From: Lytechinus pictus | Taxonomy: Eukaryota | Assembly: GCF_037042905.1 (NCBI RefSeq) | Contig: NC_087251.1 | Location: forward strand, 4,280,001-4,340,000 | Reading direction: 5' to 3' | Length of the DNA: 60,000 nucleotides | Shown: positions 51,556 through 60,000 of the stretch, piece after piece | Layout of the letters: every line of letters begins with the position of its first letter | Position numbering within the stretch: the stretch's first letter is position 1 | Position numbers and translations under genes: made by a program | Notes under the pieces: generated by a model | The model's database searches: none | The model's input: the letters and a program-made list of their open reading frames with translations, nothing else | Told to the model about the DNA's origin: nothing

Positions 51556-52760
51556 ACGAACAACCACCTCATTCGTCCGCATGACAAATTAAAATCTAGT
51601 TTTGATTATTTTGATGTAATTTTTGTGTTGACAATTTAATTCTGACAGCATGCTTTCGTTTGTTTTTTAGTGTGGTTCTGGCTGAATTGAAAGTCTACTA
51701 AATCTGTCAGCCGGTATCCATGACCATAGTGAATACTGAATAATACTGTTCAAAATTTGTAAACAAACTAACTAATAGAAATTGATCAAGAAGTTTATTC
51801 AAAGAGAGACAGAATATTAGTGGAATTAAACAATGAATGGATTGATTAAAAGTGATTGAAATAATCATTGATTATTTGCATACTACTTGCATACTACTAA
51901 ATGATGAATTAATAAAGTAGATAGAAATGTAGATTAGATCAAAATGGTAAATTACTGTTTACATCTAGCTGAATCATTCGAAGATATAAAATCTATTTTA
52001 GAAATGCCATCTTCTCATTCAGTTCTGGTATTTACATTGTACGCTGCATACATATTTGCAAATGTAGTAAATGTACATAGGAACAGTAGTCTTCCATAAA
52101 AAATAAAAAAATAATGTTCCTGAAAAGCTGTAATTCTGTTTCAAACGAGTTTCAACGAGTTGCTGACACAAGTTTGGCAGCTACATACGTGTATTTCTAT
52201 GGGTAATACTCATTAAATTTCTATGGGTAATATTCATGGGTAATACTTATTAAAGACAACTGATGAGATTTTTTTTCTCTTGAATATCATGAAGTGACTG
52301 AAGTCCGTATCAGACTTGAAACATTTTGAGTGAAGGTAGTTTTTCTGACTGAAAATCAATGCATATTGAATGATAAAATAATACCTCTTTGTTGTAAAAT
52401 GTCAGTGTCTTGTAATATGCTATGAGGGAATGAACTGTGTTGAGATTTGATGCAGTGTGTAATTAGCAAAGTCCCTTCACTTCCTGTTCTAATGAAAATC
52501 CTCTTTGTTTCACACTTATCCAGTCAGATTAGGCTGATAATGCCGGCTTGTGGAGAAAATCATTACCATATGTACCAGAAGATAGCAAACTGGAAGGTAT
52601 GGTGGTATTGGGTTGGTCATCACCAATACTATCATTACCATGGTCATATACAATAATCATTAGAGATTATACAGTAATTGTATTGCTTAAAATATATATG
52701 CTTTGTGTTGCCTACATCAAGCAATCAATGTCCTTACATGTAGCTGTGTTGTGACAGAAG

Positions 52761-53265
52761 GTAGTGTACAACGCCTACTTAGCTTGTTGTACGCGGGCAA
52801 ATGAGAGGCTGAATGTCAAACATTCGTACCGTTGCACACAAGACGTACCATCCAAAATTTACCGTTGCACAGCTTTAGGAGGTGACGTCACAATACGAAT
52901 TAATTCATTGCGCTCAGTAAAATGAAGGTGCAATACGCATATAAGCCTGCTGGCTAAATGCACAATGCTGCCCAAGGTCATGTGCGCTTGTGGGATTTTG
53001 CTTTTTGCTTTCAAATTTTTGTGCTCCCTTTTCATAGATTACTGCAGGGAAAAACTCTTGGTTTTTTTTTCATAGCTAAATTCCGAGGCATTGTACAACA
53101 CAAATAGCGAATATTCTTATTCGTGCAATGGTGCGAGATTTTGCATTCGGTGAAAGAAACAGACGCTCTATTCAACTCTGCTAATGCCTCGTTGAATAGA
53201 GCACTTTCTTTCACCTCATGCGAAATCTCGCACCATCGCACTCTTGCCTATTTGCTATTTGTATA
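52761..53265 (+). mobile_element. Double-inverted-repeat (Crypton-like) element, copy 3
   Basis: GTAGTGTACAACGCCT (52761) pairs with AGGCATTGTACAACAC (53086); then a ~165-bp hairpin CAAATAGCGAATA..CTCTATTCAAC..GTTGAATAGAG..TATTTGCTATTTGTATA. Confidence 0.6.
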
Positions 53266-56200
53266 CTGTAATGAAGCTATGGTTCATCTGAAAACATTGA
53301 TTTAATTACTTACAGCTTTCTGCTTGATGTATGGTAGATGCTATTGGTCAGAATATTTTGAAATTCATGAAAATTTAATTTTAATGGTTGAAGAAATTGA
53401 AATTGAGTATTGAAATTTACTTCATCCCTTTCTTGCATATTGGCATGATAAAAGTTTTAATACGCAAACGGCAAAGGCCTATATTTATCCCCAACAAATG
53501 TTAAGATAAACAGTTATCATTTGGGAATCATTATGGCTCCAATATGGTCTGCCCTCTCCCTGCCACCCCCCAAAAAAAAATCTCTACGAACTGAGATCCT
53601 ATAAGAAAATCTTGACATATTTTTGTAGCCCATTTAATATTTGCCTTTTGTGGTTAAACTGGTTGGGTCAACCCTCTAAAATTTGATATTTTGTTAGATA
53701 ATTTAGTTTTTATGCTTTCAATTAATGTTTCGTAAATTAAAAGTGAATCATCAAATGTGTTTTAATTCTGTTATTAATAGAGCTCCAAAAGGAAATAAAT
53801 AAGTTACGTAAATGTATTTGGCTTGTTATTCATCTGATCACATTCCTGAGAGTACACATCTGTAATTGTTATGGTCGGATTTCCATCTCAGAACTGTATG
53901 TGTTCTTCCATTGATTTTATAACTAGACGTTTGTCGATGTGAGCGGCTAGGACCTAATCGAGCGTATGGCAAAGATATCAGTGCAGGGGATACGTCAGAG
54001 TGATTTCCTTCTAGAACTGGAGAAGCGCTTACACCCGAAGTTCATTACGAAAAGAGGGGGAATTTGGAGGTCAACATGATCATCATCGTCATCGTTGGCA
54101 TATTTCTGATTTCAGGCGAAATATCAGTGAGATGGGAGAATCGGTAGGGTTGTTGCCGTTTGGTAAAAGCATTTAACAAGCAGGAGAATCACTTCACTGT
54201 TTGACTCTTGAAATGCAAGATTGTAGGACATACAAGAGAGCATATAGAGAAGAGGATATTCAGATTTTTCTTTCCTCAGATGAAGGATGTGTGATAGATA
54301 ATGATAATGTGCAGGTGAACAAGAGTACATACACCTGTAATGTTTTCAAGTAATCTGAAAGAGGGTTGTCAACCTCCTCCGTCAATCATCATGAAGCTGA
54401 TTAGTTTCAGAATCTTCTAATAGACAAGAGGTTGTACTCCAGAACCAAAGTTCAAGAATGCAACAGATAATCTATGTACAGAAATAAATATGATCTGGTT
54501 ATACTGAATTTCATGGAATATTCTCTATTGTTTTCTTCAAATTATGGGTTCAGAAATTCCACCTTTTTGTATTTTTTTTTTTAATTTTCTATGAGAGAAC
54601 TTTTGCTCATATGGTGCCATGAGCCATTATGTGCGCAATCATTAAGTTGAGATTGTTAGTATTATAAAACAAGAAAAATGCAGTGATTGTAACTATTTTA
54701 TACTGACATAATGGACATTAACTCAGATTTAGGTCTCATATACAGTATCTGTTGCAATCATTATCATAATTAAATTTAGATCCTCATCTAAAGTGACTTC
54801 CATCTACTAGTACTATGAGTGTATACATTCCAAAATACCATTCTATTTAATATCCAGGAATGACATTTGGTAGAGGTATGTCAGTATGACTATTACCCAA
54901 AGTGTAAAAGCAGAAGTATATGATTGAAGAAACATTTGTAATAAGAAATACAATTTATCAAATTACAGTTCTGGATATTTCACACCCAGGAGGTATAACT
55001 GTATTTAATAAATTTACTTGGTAACGTCACTATCAGACAAGTTACATTTAGGAACAAAGAATACACCACTCTTACCATTATTTTTTTTGCAGGGAAATAA
55101 ACTTTTCTTGTAAGAAGTATCACTATTATTATTAAGTTTATTGTTCCTCATTATTTTAGTATAGAGTCTGGTGTGTACATTTAAATTCATTTTGCAATAT
55201 CCAAAAGGAGATTTTTTTTTTATATTAACCAAGTAGAATGATTTTGTTTTGGAGTAGGCTTATGTCGTTTGACTCTAGTCTCTGCTGTAAGAATTCCAGC
55301 TATGAAATATAAGTGGATAACTTCTCTAAATTAAATGCCTTTATTTATTTTGAGTACTCTACCAAATGTTCTACTAGGTCTGCCACTGCCCTCTTTAGTT
55401 TATTTTAAATGAACTTCTTGAACCATGTCTGACCATCTGACCCACATGATGATACTCATTTGAGAGTTGTATGATTGCAAAAGCAATCTGTTCTAACTTT
55501 TCCCTGTCCAAAGAATTTACCTGGGTAATAAATCCAACTCAAGATAAAATGGTTCAATCGGATAAACACACACAAACATGAAAGATGCTCCCATCTCCAT
55601 CTTTTAAGAAAAACAAATTAATAAGCAAAATCTCCTCTTTTTGCAGTGCCACCCCCCCCCCCCCGACATAAACTTACTAAGAATACTCCTTGAATTTTGT
55701 TTACCCGGTATGACATTCATTTTACAAAGTTTATTGTTCAGAATAAAATTTTTAATACTCTTTTTCATAGTTCTAGATGATGAGATGCAACCACAGTTAC
55801 TTCTTTTGGTAATGATATTGTTTACAGGATCAGGGAATTTACATTGAATATATGTTTGCTTGATTTGAAAGTATTACATCCCATTCATTGAGATGTAATC
55901 TTTCTTTGGGATTTGACATTCACATTCATCCATATTTTATAATTATGTGGAAAAGTAATTTGAATCTGTTATTCACTCTTTTTAAAATTCCATTGCCAGT
56001 CCCACAGTTGTTAAATACACAATTTATATTCTGCATGCCTTGGCAGTAAATAGTCAACTGTGGGAATTTCAAATCAAGTGTGCTCTTATAAATCCTGGTT
56101 AGAATTATGGATTCGTGTAGGCTATTTAGCATTCTGCCCCAACTGCTTTGGTGTTCCATGTGTATCTAATGGGTGCATGAGTAAGGCAGGCATCAGCTCA

Positions 56201-59200
56201 TCATTGACTCATTTTATATCTACCTGAGGTGATGATGGGGAGATACTTGCAGGTGAATTAGTGAAGGCCTGCCTTCTTGCTTCCTTTGCTTGCCTAGCCT
56301 GCTGGGGAGTTTATCCATCCCATGTCTCATTATTTATCAATATATTCAGGCCTTGGTGGGTAATTTCCTGGCACAGAAAATATGACTTGAGCTCACGAAA
56401 TCAAGGAATCAGGATGAGAGCTTGGCAGGCATAAAAGGTACCATTTGATTGGCTAACCTGCTTCTCGTATGATGTTGATAGAGATCTATGTAAATACATA
56501 TGGTAGCCCCTCATGGCCACATTGATTATGTCTTGAAGGAATATTTTGAGTTGTGGAAATTATGGGTGTTTGGAAAGGAAGAGAAGGGAGAGAAATAGAG
56601 ATCTGGGATGATTGATGTAAGGAAAAAATAGCAGGTGAGAAGAGCTATCCAGAAGACATTTAAAAAGGAAGTTCATCTCAGATAGAGACAATCAAAGATA
56701 GAAACACGAAAGAAAGAATGAGTGTTATAAAGATAGGATGAGAATGAGGTGTTTACAAAGCCCAGTTGTAGTAATGGTTGAAAAACGAATTATAACATAA
56801 TCTAATACAATGACCTCAAAAATATATATGAATAAACAGATGATTCTGATAGAAAATTAGTAATTGATCTGTAATTAGCACAATAAATGTTGCATTCTGT
56901 AAATAGAGTTTTATTTAATACAAATGCCTACATGTGCTTCTCTGTTTTGGCGATTTTCAAAATTTTCAGCACCCTTCAATTTCAGCAATAGTTTCATAAT
57001 AGTTTTGCCTGCTTTAAATATATTAGATTTAGATCTTCGATGAGAAGCAATTCACCTGGTTTGAAAGACTTAGCATTGCTCATTGTGACCACTCCAGTTT
57101 GGCCTTACAAAAGGTGAATTTATGGTCAGGGTGAAAAGGACAGTGCTAGCAAGAGATGAACCAGAATACACAGATCAGAGACAGAAATAGAATGATCAAA
57201 AGTAGACGTAGATAGAGGAAAATAAGAATGAATATTGAGAGGGAGAAACTTGACAGGGACTAATAGTAGCTCTCAAGAAGATGAACAGGGATGCAAGTCT
57301 GTAGAAGTTGTTGACATCTCACCAACGTTCCATGGTTGGTGCTATCAGCATAACAAGTTTGTAATGCTGGGGTCACCAAGCATGTGGTCCATTGGAGCCA
57401 TTCCAATTCATTGCCATGAATCCAAGACGAATGTAAACACTCAATGACACATTCAATGTATCTCATTCTCTCTACTCATCTTCCATCTAGTAGATCTCCT
57501 TAGATTTAATGCAATTGAAAGCAACCAAAGCTGACGTAAGTATGCTTCTGTCTATGCAATGGGGCTTGATTTCATTATTGCAGCAGAGACAGATGATAAG
57601 CAACAGTGATAAGCTAATGTTTTGTTAGAGTAAATGTGTTATTGCTGCAGTCTGGCATGGCTTATGCAAGACCACCACATGAAGCTTAATCTTCAAATAC
57701 CATACCTCACATCTCTGATCAGATACAAATAGTTTTTTTACTCTTGAAACATGAAACAAATTACTAATAAGAAGTGAGATAATACAAGTAAAATCTTCTG
57801 ACAGAGTGTGCTGTTAGCCAGTCGTATTAGCACCATTTCAGAAGCTATTACTGTAGTATTTATATTTAAACTAGCACTGGACTTGTAAATAACTAGCTAT
57901 ACATGAAAGAGGTAGTCTAAATGGACATGTAGGTGTCAGGTAATGAGATTAATGGCAGAGGAGGGATCTTTTCATTGTGAAAAATATCCAACAACAAACA
58001 AGAAAAGTAACAGTTTTCTACACTTATTGCACAGTGTATTTCTATCTCCACATACATGTATAATGTGAAAAGTAACAAACATAATTCATCTTTTATTGAA
58101 GATCATCTTTAAGAGTTGAATGAGGATAGAGAAATATAAACTAATGCTACAATGTATTCTTGATGGAAAAATAATTTACACTCACCCATTGCAACTGAGA
58201 TTTTTTTATGAACCAAAATGTATTCAATATTTAATAATGTATTTCAATACTTCAAAAAAAAAAACTTGTTCTCTTCTCAAATTCATGCTTGTTTCACAAT
58301 ATGGACTCTCTAGCTTTATGACTTTGGCTAATCAAACAATTTTCCTTGGTAATAGCATTATGACTCAGGCTTGGTAGTCCACCAATCCTTAAAACTCTTC
58401 ATCTGAGAGTAATAATGGGTTTGGATAGCCTAGCTGATGTCGGCGGTGTATTAGACAGAATGTGAGCGGGCTGATTCTTGGTAATCATTGGTTGGTGTCG
58501 TAGACATGACTCATACATCTGAGAGGCTGACTATTTCTGGCTATTTGACACAATGCAAGCTAGACAATGTAATCATGGAGATGAATCGATAGATATCCTC
58601 AATCCAGCCGGCCCTGGTATCAATCGTTCTCAGCTTTTTTTCTTTATCATCATTAAGAATTCATACCTATAATGACCTTGAACACATTGTGATGAAAATG
58701 GCAGAATATTTTCCACCTTTTTAGTGGATTGTACTGTTGCATTTATTCCAAGTTTTTTCTTTTGTTATGCGATTGTGATTTACTGCTTGTTTGCAAGATA
58801 AACGAAGATGGATCGCTCCATCTCTGAAAAATTACCGCAGTTATAATCTCAGTGTATGAGTCAGTAGTCTGAGTAATGAGGGACTTTTTATTGGCTTTGG
58901 AACTACTTGATGATAAATTGATAATGGTTGCACAGGGTGGAAAATTTATGAGAAATTGGTAGATCAGGAGGAAAGATTAAAGTTTTTGAAAAATGAGAAG
59001 TAAAAGCACAAAATGTGAATATGATTGAACAGGGAGAGAAATTTATGAATGAAATAAATCATGTGACTGGTATCGGGTGATAAGACCTATTAATCTCGCA
59101 GATGTTCTGTATTTAGACATATTTTTTTATCCGGAGTCTTATAATGCTGTGATTTGAGAGCCAGTAGAAAACGAAAAAGAAAACTTGCTTTAGGCCTGTG

Positions 59201-60000
59201 TTGCATGAAACTTGCAAAGAAATATCAGTTTTATGATTGATAAATTGGTTTTAAATCTGGCAAATAGACCTACATTATCTATTGCAAAATGCAAAGTTAA
59301 CATTCGATTGTAAAACATATGATTAATTGTAAGCCCTTAGAATAACTTATCTAAGGTAGATGATAACATGTTGTACTTCCTTTCATTACCGTGTTTGCTA
59401 TCATTCTTTAAAGGAATATTGAATAGGCCTACATCGTAGTTTCAAGCTCCCATGTGTAAAGGTAGAAAATTACAACCTTGTAATTAATACTATTGATTGT
59501 TGATGGTAGGAATTGCCTTACAGATTAGGATGGACAATCATTTAACTTCCACTATGTACTCTTTCCAATGAGTAATTTTGCATCTCTTATTGATTGATTG
59601 TAAATGTTTCATCTAATGAGGAAGCAAGAGTTTGTTGTGCTATTTTCATTAAGATGAAGTGGCTGACAGTGTAGGTGATACAATCTCTACTTGCAATTCC
59701 CAATAGAAATGCATTACATACATTTGTAGATGTTTTGGTAACAGTAATTATTCCACCGAGTGATTGGAAAGATTCAGTTCCAAAGTGGGTGTTATACTTA
59801 ATAGTCAGGTAGATAACACTTGAAGCTTCATGTTATATTGAAAGAAATTGGAATTCTTTGATAGGCGTACAATGTATTCCCACATGCAGTGAAGGTGCTT
59901 TTATAGGGAATAATTTATGCTTCCACTGTTCCTTTGTGCCTTGAAGAAGTCTTTGGAATCGGTTGAGATGAAGAGGTATAGGGAGAGATGGAGAGAGAAA

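Overview
AT-rich, intron-containing animal genomic DNA, not prokaryotic; the repeat repertoire suggests an echinoderm such as a sea urchin (inference). Positions 1-12.2 kb are a nested transposon stack. A decayed CR1 LINE is split by a 1,065-bp TIR element with an 8-bp TSD. A Helentron-type fragment follows. An RTE/RTEX-like LINE is then split by a 5,586-bp, apparently intact Sola2-type DNA transposon (GGG termini, TCCA TSD, open 822-aa transposase, eight copies of an internal 14-bp motif). Host genes: a complete CRYZ (zeta-crystallin/quinone oxidoreductase, 8 coding exons, +); a convergent secreted C-type-lectin/mucin/PAN-like gene (-); a tRNA-Asp(GTC) (-); the first coding exon of PLEKHH1/2 (MAX-1), followed by more than 18 kb of apparent intron; and a possible first exon of a divergent minus-strand gene at 12.7 kb. 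Many MITEs (Kolobok-, hAT-, Harbinger-, Sola2- and Crypton-like), a SINE, a third LINE fragment and large microsatellite tracts fill the rest. The best candidates for follow-up are the intact Sola2 with its motif array and a possibly related MITE, three double-hairpin elements, and the lectin-mucin-PAN gene. I cannot show that any of these is undescribed.
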